A stretch of DNA of 64,000 nt from assembly GCA_964016885.1 (NCBI GenBank), contig OZ024760.1, positions 10,354,001-10,418,000 on the forward strand. The letters run 5' to 3'. Source of the stretch: Eledone cirrhosa. Lineage: Eukaryota. The notes under the pieces are model-generated. The model did not search any database, was not told where the DNA came from, and worked only from the letters and a program-made list of their open reading frames with translations. Below, one piece after another: positions 56,301 through 63,852 of the stretch. Position numbers and translations under genes: made by a program. Positions within the stretch are counted from its first letter, which is position 1, and each line of letters opens with the position of its first letter.

Positions 56301-58211
56301 CAATTCATTGGATAAGGAAACATGAGGAAAATTATAGATAATGTGTATAATTGTGTTGTATTTTTCAGAGTTTTATAAATTTATCCAGGCACATCATAAA
56401 AAAGAGTACAACCAGTTTTGTATCAACATGACTGGAGAAGGTTGTCACTGGCAACCAGAAGATACTATTGATAAACGGTTAATTGATAAAGCCAACCGTA
56501 AGTAGATTTATCAGAAGACCTTTTGGCATTTTCATTTCTTTCATCATCATCATCATTGTTTTATGTCTGCTTTTCTATATAGGCATGGGTTGGACAGATG
56601 ATTAAAGACCAAATTAGAACTTTATCGCATTTACCTTTCTCTTACTAATATACTGAGGGCCTACATTTCAGTTAATTATATCCTAATTTTATCATGGTTA
56701 CGACAACTAAAAGGCCTTCCGAACACCAACCATTTTACAGTGTGTACTGGGTGTATATTATTGTGGCACCAACACTTATGTCCTTGATGCAATTATGAGT
56801 CCTCTCAGCCTTTAGGCATGATTTCTATGGCTCATTGCACTTCTTAACACTAACCATTTTACAGAGTGTAGTGGGTGTATATTATTTTGGCATAGGTAGT
56901 AGCTTTCATTAGAAATATGGTAATGAAAGGGTTAATGACATAGACAGTGTCTTTCATTAGAAATATGGTAATGAAAGGGTTAATGACATAGACAGTGTCT
57001 TTCATTCGAAGTATGGGTAATGAAAGGGTTAAAGACATAGACAGTGTCTTTCATTAGAAATATGGTAATGAAAGGATTAATGACATAGACTGTCTTACAT
57101 TAGAAATGTGGAAATGAAAGGGTTAATGATATAGACAGTGTCTTTCATTAGAAATATGGTAATGAAAGGATTAATGACATAGACTGTCTTACATTAGAAA
57201 TGTGGAAATGAAAGTGTTAATGATATAGACAGTGTCTTACATTAGACATATGGTATGTCATTGTTCAATAATGAATGTTTGTTATTCTAGCACCTCCAGA
57301 TAAGAAACTAAAGACCTTTGACCAGGAATGTTGGAAGGTAAGCATATTTTACAGTAAGTACATGTGAGTGTGTGCAGCCATATTGTACTATGATATTGCT
57401 CATTTGTGATCATTACACCTGCTGCTGGTACCATGTAACCCAGTACAACCTGCTTCATGGTTGAGTGGTCAGCAACTAAACCAGCTTCCCCACCAGACCC
57501 CAGCCTCGTTAGGTCAAGCTTCTGCTTGCTGCTGGTACCATGTAACCCAATACAACCTGCTTCATGGTCGTGTGGTCGGTGACTAAACTGGCTCGTCTCA
57601 CCGAAGCACATAAAATGAACTGTTGAACAAATTCCATCAGTCAATGACCATCTATGGGTTAAATAGCCTGACCAAGTTGGTGAGTACGGCTACACTATTG
57701 AAGACATGGCCAACACCAAACAGAAAGCAGTGGAGGTCAACCAGAGCAAGATTCCTCCAACAAGATTCAGAAGGCTCTGTGTTGGACACCTTAATATATA
57801 TCGTATATAAATATTTCTGTGAGAAAGATGGAGAATAAGACAACACGTCAGGGGAGGTAACCTCTATGTAATTCCCTCCCTTGAAACTTCTTCAAAATCA
57901 AATATTGTTTTAAGTATTGTATAAAGAAATGGATATTATTGAGAGGGTGGTGGTGGTGCTGTACTTGAATAGCGTGATGTATCCCATTGATCTATTACTA
58001 TTTCGTATATTCCTTTTATTGCCATATTTCTCATGGAAGTCTCTCTCTGTATATATATATATGTGTGTGTGTGGTTGCTGTAGAAACCAAGCCAAAATCT
58101 GCCCTGGGTGAGCTAAACATGGTCCTCTGACCTGATTCTCTCCCCAAGAGTCAGCCCGCTCTACCCATGTTAGCATGGAAGATGGACGTTAAACGATGAT
58201 GATGATGATGA

Positions 58212-58257
<46 letters not shown>

Positions 58258-58605
58258 GATCGAGTATCGAAAAATCGGCGCACGAGTTCACGATAAACGA
58301 AATTCGATATGAGCGGCAGAGGGCTCAATAATTCAGATGAATCAGAGCTATAACTATCGTTAAAATACCGTCACATATAGAACAAGTCTACAATCAACCA
58401 TACGATTTAAAATCGATAAAGGAAGATTCGGGCCAAACAGATAAAAAATATCAATAAAACAATACGTCAATAATTTAAATGAATGTAAAATCATACCCGG
58501 ACCCACTAGAAAGGTGTTAAATCTAGCTTCATGGGTTTCTGTAAATCCTTAGACTGTACTCTATCAGCTCACATATAAATATAAAAGCCTACTAGAGTAA
58601 GTGGA

Positions 58606-58655
<50 letters not shown>

Positions 58656-61600
58656 AGGCACATGGCTTAGTGGTTAGAGCATTGGCCTTGCAATCGAAAG
58701 GTTGTGAGTTCAATTCTCAGACCGAGTGATGTGTTGTTTCCTTGAGCAAGACACTTTATTTCACATTGCTCCAGTTTACTCAGCTGTAGAAATGAGATGA
58801 TAGGGACTGGGGTCCCTATCATTCCACTGCAAAGTGGTCGTGGAGGTGCCACGGAAAAAAAGCACCCAGCACTCACTGTAAATGAGGTTGGTGTTAGGAA
58901 GGGCATCCAGCTGTAGAAATCAACCCAGAATCAGTTCTCGTCCCACCCTTGATTATCTATAGCTACCTACCTGAGTGCCTCTCTTTGAACAATAAATACA
59001 ACAGCATCAATTTAACCCCTTAACATTTACATTAGTCTATATATACTCGTATGTTTTCACAGTAAAAGTTTTACCTCACATAATTATCTCGCATAATATC
59101 AAATCTACGAGATTTTGATATTATTTATTTTGAGAACAATACCTTAACATCAGTATGAGCAGCCGATTTGAACAGAAAGAGATGAGAGAATTCTGGCCAG
59201 ATACGACCAGTTTAAATGCTAAAGAGTTGAGGGAGATTTAGCTGCTCTAGTCCCCATGTAGAAACCACCCTGTATTTTTTTTTTTTTTTTTTAATGTCTT
59301 CTTTTTAAAAAATATTTTGTGTCTTTCTTCCATTTCTTCCATTTCTTCCATTTCATCCATTTCTTCCACAGAGTAGTTCAACTCGTTCCTGCCCTGACGA
59401 GGCTGAGGTTGAAGTATTTTCAGGATTTCGTCCCAAAGTCTACAGAAAACATAATGTCGACACCTCAGGAACAACAGCCCATACGACAACCATACCATCA
59501 ACAACATCACTAGCGATACCATTGACCATACCATCGACGACATTCCCAGCGATACCACTGACCATACCATCAACGATACCACTGACTATACCATCAACAT
59601 CATCAACGATACCTCTGACTATACCATCAACATCATCAACGATACCTCTGACCATACCATCAACATCATCAACGATACCACTGACCATACCATCGATGAC
59701 ATCACCAACGATACCACTGACCATACCATCAACATCATCATCAGCGATATCAGAAGAAACAATTAGTGAGGCAGTTCCTGAACGACGATGTATGTCTCAC
59801 CATATTGGGATTCTGAAGCAGGAATGGAACGCAGGCATCTTCTCTAGACGTAAAATGATCTCAGGTATGTGGATATATATATATATATTTATACCTGTAT
59901 ATATATATATAAATATATATAGAAGAAGAAGAAAGACAATCGACTTTCGTCAAATCGGACCGAGGAAACAATGTTTCCGTTGGTCTTTCCAATTGCTAAT
60001 ACTATCTATCGGTCGCAACTCCAGGTAGAAGGAGCGACGTGAAATAAAGTGTCTTGCTCAAGGACATAACGCATCGCCTGGTCCAGGAATCGAACTCACA
60101 ACCTTACGATTGCGAATCCAATTCTCTAACCACTCCGCCACACGCCTTCAAATATAGCGTCTGCAGTTCTGTTCACATGCCAACATAAGAGCAAGAATGA
60201 AGGGTTCATTCTACTGACATGGCTATAAAATTGAGGCTTGTTTGCATAATTGCAAACGAATCGAATGTTATTATTAATATTCGAAAAACTCAGATTATAT
60301 ATATACATACTCAGACTCAGACTCAGGAGCTCCCGCGTCTCGCGACGCATGAGGCAATCATAGTGTTCCACCGCGTTCGGTCAGCAGCCAGTTGCACAGC
60401 GTCCCGCCATTGTCTGTCTGTCGCTCGCAGGTCCCTCTCAACTGTCTGGCGCCAGTTCATTTTGGGTCGCCTTCTCCGTCTGCTTCCCTGCGGGCTCCAT
60501 TTAAGTACTTGGTTCGCCAGTCTCTCCGGGGGAAGTCTCAAAGCGTGCCCAAACCAGCCCAGGCGTCGCTTGCAGATGGTAGAAGAGACTAGCTGCTGGT
60601 TGGTGCGGTTCCTGACTTCCTGGTTTGTTACATGGTCACTCCATTTAATCCCCAGGATCTTTCGCAGACACCTGGAATCGAATGCATCCAACTTCTTCTC
60701 TTGGCTGGGCTTAAGGTGCCATGTTTCACTTCCGTACAAGAGTATGGACAGCACGTTGCTGTTGTAGAATCTCATCTTTGTTTTGAGGGTGAACTTCCTG
60801 CTCTTCCAGATCTTGACAAGCTGGTTAAATATATATATATATATATATCCCTCTCAATTCTGTCATTCCAGAAGAGAAATGCTGTAAGTGCAAAAAAAAT
60901 GCCTTTATTCCATTCCAATCCATATGTGGCCATCTCTGTTGTCTGGCTTGCTGGAAGGCCATATCTGAGGTAAGTTACTGCTTAATCATCACCATCATCA
61001 TTTTTGCCATCATCCAATATGTATGTTGAAGTTTCTAATTTTCAATAAAATATATATACATTAATTATAATGAGCCAGACAATTAGATTTCATATAGGTT
61101 TGACGCCACAGGCCCATAGTATTGGACATTCTAACCACAGGCCCATAGTATTGGACATTCTAACCACAGGCCCATAGTATTGGACATTCTAACCACAGGC
61201 CCGTAGTATCGGACATTCTAACCACAGGCCCGTAGTATCGGACATTCTAACCACAGGCCCGTAGTATCGGACATTCTAACCACAGGCCCGTAGTATTGGA
61301 CATTCTAACCACAGGCCCATAGTATTGGACATTCTAACCACAGGCCCGTAGTATCGGACATTCTAACCACAGGCCCGTAGTATCGGACATTCTAACCACA
61401 GGCCCGTAGTATCGGAGCTGTGATCTCTCATTTCAGAGAAGTAGTGGTTCTACCTGGATTGACTCTCTGATCTCCAAGCTACGTACTCAATTGAGTAACG
61501 TTACTCCAAAGACCCTTCGGAGGAACCCCATTTCGGCATTTGTATTCACAATCATATTGTGATTTCCTCATTGGATTCAGTGAAGTGAACAGAAATGACA

Positions 61601-62318
61601 ATATACTACGGTCAAATAAAAATAAATCATCATAAATAAAAAGATGTGAATGTCTACAACCTCTAAATATTATTTGATGGGCCTATAATTCAGCATACTT
61701 CATTATTTTATCAACTTAAACATGAACTTAATCGCCATGAGATGACTGACGAATAGTTTGCAAAATGGAACACACTAATATAGTGGATGCAAAACAAAAA
61801 AAATTCAAATGCAAACTACAAACTACAAGTTTTCAAAATCTTATAGATTCGATATTATGTGAGGTAAAGCCTTTTCTGTGAAAATATGACAGTAAATATA
61901 GAGTAATGTGAATGGTAGAGGGTTAAAAAAGTTTGTTTTCATATTCTGTGGGTAAGAATTTTCTGTCAAATATTTTCTAATGTATGTTCTTCCTCTGTTA
62001 CTCGATCCCCACACTCACTCACCCTTAGACTCACCCTTACACTCTCTCTCTCTTCCACAGACTACCAAGGTGTGTCCAGCATGTGGTAAGAGAGTACGAA
62101 GACGTAACCTCACACAAATATTTTTCTTTAATTCTGCTCCTGCTAATGATGGCGATGATGTTGGTGGTGGTGGTGGTGTTGCTGGTGGTGGTGGTGGTGG
62201 TGTTGTTGGTGGTGGTGGTGTTGCTGCTGATAGTAGTGGTGGTGTTGCTGCTGACGATGTTGCTGGTGGTGTTAATTCTGTTCCTAGAAATGATCATGAT
62301 GGTGGTAGGGGTAACTGA
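5105..62318 (+). CDS. RTEL1: RTEL1 helicase gene, 5'-partial, 26 coding exons in window
   Basis: Spliced translation contains ILTSGTL (motif III), LIFFPSY (IV), VCRGKVSEGLDF (V), QAIGRVIRH (VI), LPSW, IHVPSLK, a harmonin-homology domain and a RING. It is collinear with my recollection of human RTEL1, and all junctions are GT-AG with consistent phase. Confidence 0.95.
5460..5740 (+). mobile_element. Diverged tRNA-derived SINE
   Basis: B-box ggttcgattcc, aaaacactttatttc core, (acttta)n tail. Confidence 0.6.
9972..10327 (+). mobile_element. SINE 3' part with internal duplication and (atg)n tail
   Basis: ggtgttaggaagggcatccag twice; cccatgcaagcgtggaacacggacgttaaacgatgatg tail. Confidence 0.8.
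10863..11203 (+). mobile_element. tRNA-derived SINE family A with RTE-like tail
   Basis: A/B boxes (ttagtggttag; gagttcaattctc); near-identical to 7 other copies in the window. Confidence 0.9.
11370..11620 (-). mobile_element. SINE family B composite (similar copy at 34460-34725)
   Basis: atcgacc..gaaaggatgaaaaggcaaagttgacctcgg..gatttgaactc (reverse B-box). Confidence 0.7.
12487..12813 (-). mobile_element. SINE family A, antisense copy
   Basis: Reverse complement of family A. Confidence 0.9.
13935..15450. repeat. (CA/TA) microsatellite with ~200-bp higher-order unit
   Basis: Landmark cactcttacgtacatattt recurs about 6 times. Confidence 0.9.
16710..17020 (+). mobile_element. SINE family A
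   Basis: ggaggcacatggcttagtggttagagc start. Confidence 0.9.
18210..20185. repeat. 24-bp minisatellite, ~80 copies
   Basis: Unit ggtactagtaatattggtagtagt. Confidence 0.96.
20333..20408 (+). CDS. RTEL1: RTEL1 exon ([25 protein letters not shown])
   Basis: tttcag/gtgggt; Arch-domain similarity. Confidence 0.88.
20418..21492. repeat. 17-bp/32-bp minisatellite
   Basis: Unit acctaggttattactgt and a dimeric variant. Confidence 0.95.
21755..21855 (+). CDS. RTEL1: RTEL1 exon ([34 protein letters not shown])
   Basis: cccag/gtgag; conserved SYIFELF. Confidence 0.93.
22080..23030. repeat. (cctcactaaccaccacca)n low-complexity tandem
   Basis: Direct reading. Confidence 0.9.
23053..23114 (+). CDS. RTEL1: RTEL1 exon ([21 protein letters not shown])
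   Basis: ttccag/gtaaga; phase consistent. Confidence 0.88.
23121..24665 (-). mobile_element. 3' fragment of L1/Tx1-like LINE containing ~7 tandem 143-145-bp copies
   Basis: Minus-strand [17 protein letters not shown] resembles a non-LTR ORF2 C-terminus; single-copy relative at 32190-32672. Confidence 0.7.
25018..25590 (-). mobile_element. RTE-clade LINE 3' fragment
   Basis: [29 protein letters not shown]; (atg)n tail. Confidence 0.92.
26247..26309 (+). CDS. RTEL1: RTEL1 exon ([21 protein letters not shown])
   Basis: tttcag/gtaagt; phase 0-0. Confidence 0.85.
26430..28032. repeat. 61/66-bp minisatellite, ~25 copies, derived from an RTE-like LINE
   Basis: Minus strand reads [20 protein letters not shown], matching the LINE fragment at 50240. 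Confidence 0.95.
28089..28167 (+). CDS. RTEL1: RTEL1 exon ([26 protein letters not shown])
   Basis: tgcag/gtaagt; phase consistent. Confidence 0.87.
28269..28606 (+). mobile_element. SINE family A, full length
   Basis: Complete head, body and (atg)n tail. Confidence 0.92.
28776..28908 (+). CDS. RTEL1: RTEL1 exon, motif III ([11 protein letters not shown]...[19 protein letters not shown])
   Basis: YWCFxPG and ILTSGTL signature; tgcag/gtaagt. Confidence 0.96.
29100..29965 (+). repeat. 76-bp tandem (~3.5x) followed by 122-135-bp SINE-derived tandem (~4x)
   Basis: ccagaccctcataatagg repeats; acactgtaaacgtggttggtgttaggaaggg repeats. Confidence 0.85.
30481..30594 (+). CDS. RTEL1: RTEL1 exon ([37 protein letters not shown])
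   Basis: LxNPHII..GPD conserved; ctgcag/gtaaca. Confidence 0.95.
31532..31572 (+). CDS. RTEL1: RTEL1 exon ([14 protein letters not shown])
   Basis: ctccag/gtaagt. Confidence 0.92.
31615..31928. repeat. 18-20-bp tandem (ggtcactgtattgacacaga)
   Basis: Direct reading. Confidence 0.9.
32190..32672 (-). mobile_element. L1/Tx1-like LINE 3' end, unamplified relative of 23121-24665
   Basis: [28 protein letters not shown]; shared 3' UTR ending aataaagaaa. Confidence 0.7.
33301..33386 (+). CDS. RTEL1: RTEL1 exon, motif IV ([28 protein letters not shown])
   Basis: PxGxLIFFPSY; gacag/gtaaga. Confidence 0.96.
33528..33605 (+). CDS. RTEL1: RTEL1 exon ([26 protein letters not shown])
   Basis: KxxFxEP; ttacag/gtgagt. 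Confidence 0.94.
34765..35437 (-). mobile_element. SINE 3' part with ~141-bp unit repeated 4x
   Basis: cccttcctaacaccaaccacatttacagtgtgg repeats. Confidence 0.85.
35602..35679 (+). CDS. RTEL1: RTEL1 exon ([26 protein letters not shown])
   Basis: GAxFxAVCRGK; ttgtag/gtaagt. Confidence 0.96.
36822..36953 (+). CDS. RTEL1: RTEL1 exon, motif V ([37 protein letters not shown]...)
   Basis: SEGLDF, GLPFPP; ctatag/gtaggc. Confidence 0.97.
37022..37740. repeat. 25-bp pyrimidine-rich minisatellite
   Basis: Unit ctgtctcactcactcccatcaccct. Confidence 0.93.
38126..38241 (+). CDS. RTEL1: RTEL1 exon, motif VI ([37 protein letters not shown])
   Basis: [13 protein letters not shown]; cccag/gtgagt. Confidence 0.97.
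38420..38722 (-). mobile_element. SINE family A, antisense copy with internal deletion
   Basis: Reverse complement of family A. Confidence 0.9.
39215..42272. repeat. 48-bp minisatellite, ~63 copies
   Basis: Unit tctttcattagaaatatggtaatgaaagggttaatgacatagacagtg. Confidence 0.97.
42481..42604 (+). CDS. RTEL1: RTEL1 exon ([42 protein letters not shown])
   Basis: LPSW and FF end of the helicase domain; ttctag/gtaagg. Confidence 0.95.
43010..44560 (+). mobile_element. Degenerate RTE-clade LINE, RT domain to 3' end
   Basis: [48 protein letters not shown]; stops and frameshifts. Confidence 0.93.
44597..44762 (+). CDS. RTEL1: RTEL1 exon (LPQPAPST...[14 protein letters not shown])
   Basis: HVPSLK motif typical of RTEL1; ctctag/gtaagt. 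Confidence 0.9.
45558..45661 (+). CDS. RTEL1: RTEL1 exon ([11 protein letters not shown]...[13 protein letters not shown])
   Basis: cttcag/gtaagt; GLL motif; phase consistent. Confidence 0.88.
46365..46573. mobile_element. TTAA-flanked ~210-230-bp MITE, piggyBac-like (other copies 12301-12480, 54699-54926, 59012-59230, ~61820-61926)
   Basis: TTAA-CCCTTTAGCATT ... AATGCTAAAGGG-TTAA-type terminal inverted repeats and shared internal sequence. Confidence 0.75.
46736..46768 (+). CDS. RTEL1: Probable RTEL1 33-nt micro-exon ([11 protein letters not shown])
   Basis: ttacag/gtaagt; phase 0-0, no stop; no homology support. Confidence 0.55.
47735..47815 (+). CDS. RTEL1: RTEL1 exon (CQPHRTT...[11 protein letters not shown])
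   Basis: ttctag/gtaagt; KKI basic motif before the HHD. Confidence 0.78.
47820..48118 (-). mobile_element. RTE LINE 3' fragment
   Basis: [15 protein letters not shown]; (atg)n tail. Confidence 0.85.
48177..48754. mobile_element. Foldback/MITE-like near-perfect palindrome
   Basis: ~280-bp arms, poly-A spacer at 48467-48484, flanked by TA/(TA)n. Confidence 0.85.
48877..48966 (+). CDS. RTEL1: RTEL1 exon (PSNSKAHPE...QLAEDYVAM), start of harmonin-homology domain
   Basis: ttgcag/gtaact; supplies the AxxYxxxVK helix of the HHD. Confidence 0.85.
49149..49548 (+). mobile_element. SINE family B, near-exact 200-bp tandem duplication
   Basis: B-box gagttcaaatccc; two almost identical units. Confidence 0.88.
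49628..49961 (+). mobile_element. SINE family A
   Basis: Full head to (atg)n tail. Confidence 0.9.
50205..50545 (+). mobile_element. RTE-like LINE 3' fragment (source family of the 26430 and 61106 arrays)
   Basis: [34 protein letters not shown]..RRPKG..RARW. Confidence 0.8.
50595..52535. repeat. 40-bp minisatellite, ~48 copies, two unit variants
   Basis: tatagtagtg[cttgttt|aatactc]tagtctaggttagattgctatag. Confidence 0.97.
53437..53581 (+). CDS. RTEL1: RTEL1 exon, HHD ([48 protein letters not shown])
   Basis: HHD-like VKxxL..F..L.xY; tctcag/gtaagt. Confidence 0.92.
54553..54664 (+). pseudogene. Diverged partial duplicate of the 3' half of RTEL1 exon 53437-53581
   Basis: [23 protein letters not shown] vs [23 protein letters not shown]. 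Confidence 0.85.
54957..56040. repeat. 70/71-bp minisatellite, ~15 copies
   Basis: Unit tagggtttgtggtagagtctgtagcagtggagacttccagtgtggcccctggaccacatgcctactttata. Confidence 0.96.
56369..56497 (+). CDS. RTEL1: RTEL1 exon, HHD end ([34 protein letters not shown]...)
   Basis: FYxFxxxHHK..C..LTGxGC pattern; tttcag/gtaagt. Confidence 0.94.
56903..57255. repeat. Second, diverged array of the 39215 48-mer (~7 copies)
   Basis: Same unit with more substitutions. Confidence 0.92.
57291..57337 (+). CDS. RTEL1: RTEL1 exon ([16 protein letters not shown])
   Basis: ttctag/gtaagc; phase 1-0 needed to bridge flanking exons. Confidence 0.75.
58654..58951 (+). mobile_element. SINE family A, 3'-truncated
   Basis: Starts in (TA)n. 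Confidence 0.9.
59372..59864 (+). CDS. RTEL1: RTEL1 exon with coding ([11 protein letters not shown])n repeat
   Basis: ccacag/gtatgt; open for 164 codons; phase 0-1 matches RING exon. Confidence 0.75.
59985..60150 (-). mobile_element. SINE related to family A (older subfamily)
   Basis: gaaataaagtgtcttgctcaagg..ggaatcgaactc..ctaaccact. Confidence 0.75.
60308..60826 (-). mobile_element. GC-rich RTE-like LINE 3' fragment with uninterrupted ORF
   Basis: [32 protein letters not shown]; (ctgagt)n tail; inserted in (TA)n. Confidence 0.9.
60872..60969 (+). CDS. RTEL1: RTEL1 exon, RING N-part ([32 protein letters not shown])
   Basis: CxxC..CGH..CxxCW; ttccag/gtaagt. Confidence 0.88.
61106..61515 (-). 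repeat. 29-bp tandem (~10x) grown out of an antisense RTE-like fragment
   Basis: Unit is the reverse complement of gatactacgggcctgtggttagaatgtcc, continuous with a LINE copy matching 50240-50330. Confidence 0.88.
62061..62318 (+). CDS. RTEL1: RTEL1 last or penultimate exon, RING end ([22 protein letters not shown]...) plus Gly/Val-rich tail
   Basis: ccacag acceptor; CPAC completes the RING; TGA at 62316-62318. Confidence 0.82.
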   Translation, partial: TTKVCPACGKRVRRRNLTQIFFFNSAPANDGDDVGGGGGVAGGGGGGVVGGGGVAADSSGGVAADDVAGGVNSVPRNDHDGGRGN

Positions 62319-63338
62319 GGTGGTGGTTGTGGTGTGATGTGGTGTAGTGCGGTGATGGTGGCAGTGGTGTAGTGTGGTGTGATGTGGTGTAGTGTGGTGA
62401 TGGTGGCAGTGGTGTAGTGTGGTGTAGTGTGGTGTGATGTGGTGTAGTGTGGTGTGGTGTGGTGTGATGTGGTATGGTGTGGTGTGGTGTGATGTGATGT
62501 GGTGTAGTGTGGTGTGATGTGGTATGGTGTGATGTGGTGTGATGTGGTATGGTGTGATGTGGTGTAGTGCGGTGATGGTGGCAGTGGTGTAGTGTGGTGT
62601 GATGTGGTGTAGTGTGGTGATGGTGGCAGTGGTGTAGTGTGGTGTAGTGTGGTGTGATGTGGTGTAGTGTGGTGTGGTGTGGTGTGATGTGGTATGGTGT
62701 GGTGTGGTGTGATGTGATGTGGTGTAGTGTGGTGTGATGTGGTATGGTGTGATGTGGTGTGATGTGGTGTAGTGCGGTGATGGTGGCAGTGGTGTAGTGT
62801 GGTGTGGTGTGGTGTAGTGTGGTGATGGTGGCAGTGGTGTAGTGTGGTGTGGTGTAGTGTGGTGTGATGTAGTATGGTGTGGTGTGGTGTGATGTGATGA
62901 AAAAGTTGTTAATATTTCATGATAAATATACTGTATACCACCACCACCACAACTACACACCACCACAACTACACACCACCACAACTACCACCACCACAAC
63001 TACACACCACCACCACAACTACACACCACCACCACCACCACCACTACACACCACTACCACCACCACCATCACCAAATCCTGCCACAGTTAACTTTGCCCT
63101 TTATCCTTACATGTTCGATAAAATAAAGTAGCAGTAATGCACTGGGGTAGATTTAATCAACTTTGCCCTGCCCCAAACTGTTTGCCTTGTGTCTAAATCA
63201 TAAACCCTTACTTTAATAAGATACAACACAACATTTTGACTGAGTAAATTATTAAATTTTACATTTGTTGATTGCTCTTTTGTTTTGGTTATTTTATTTT
63301 ATTTTAATGTAAAAACTCTGAAATTTTATTTTTTGCAG

Positions 63339-63361
63339 GAAAAATTGTTAAAAAGTATTAA
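63339..63361 (+). CDS. RTEL1: Possible alternative terminal exon (GKIVKKY*)
   Basis: Strong ttttttgcag acceptor in phase with donor at 62311; AATAAA follows at 63361 and 63370. Confidence 0.45.
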
Positions 63362-63820
63362 ATAAAAAAAATAAATTTTAATTTTACTGACAACTATTTT
63401 TAGTCATCGTTGTCCTTGTTGTTGTCCTTGTTGTTGTCGTTGTTGTTGTCGTTGTTGTTGTTGTTGTCGTTGTCATTGTTGTTGTTTATGTGTAGCCATG
63501 TGCCTATATGTATGTATATATATATATATATATATGTATATACATACATATACATATATATACATATATATATATGTGTATATATGTATATATATGTATA
63601 AATATGTTTATATATATATATATATATATATACACGCACACACATATAGAATATCTTATACATATCACACACACATTAACACACACATATATATATATAT
63701 AGAGAGAGAGAGAGAATATTTTATACATATAACATGTAAAAATAAAATATATATGTGTGTGTGGGTATACATGCATTATATAGGAGTATGTATGCACAAA
63801 GGAATCCATGTATAAAGTAT

Positions 63821-63852
<32 letters not shown>

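Noticed and set aside
62100-62130. NLTQIFFF as a PCNA-binding PIP box
   Set aside because: Spacing does not fit QxxLxxFF; it matches the usual hydrophobic strand that follows RING domains.
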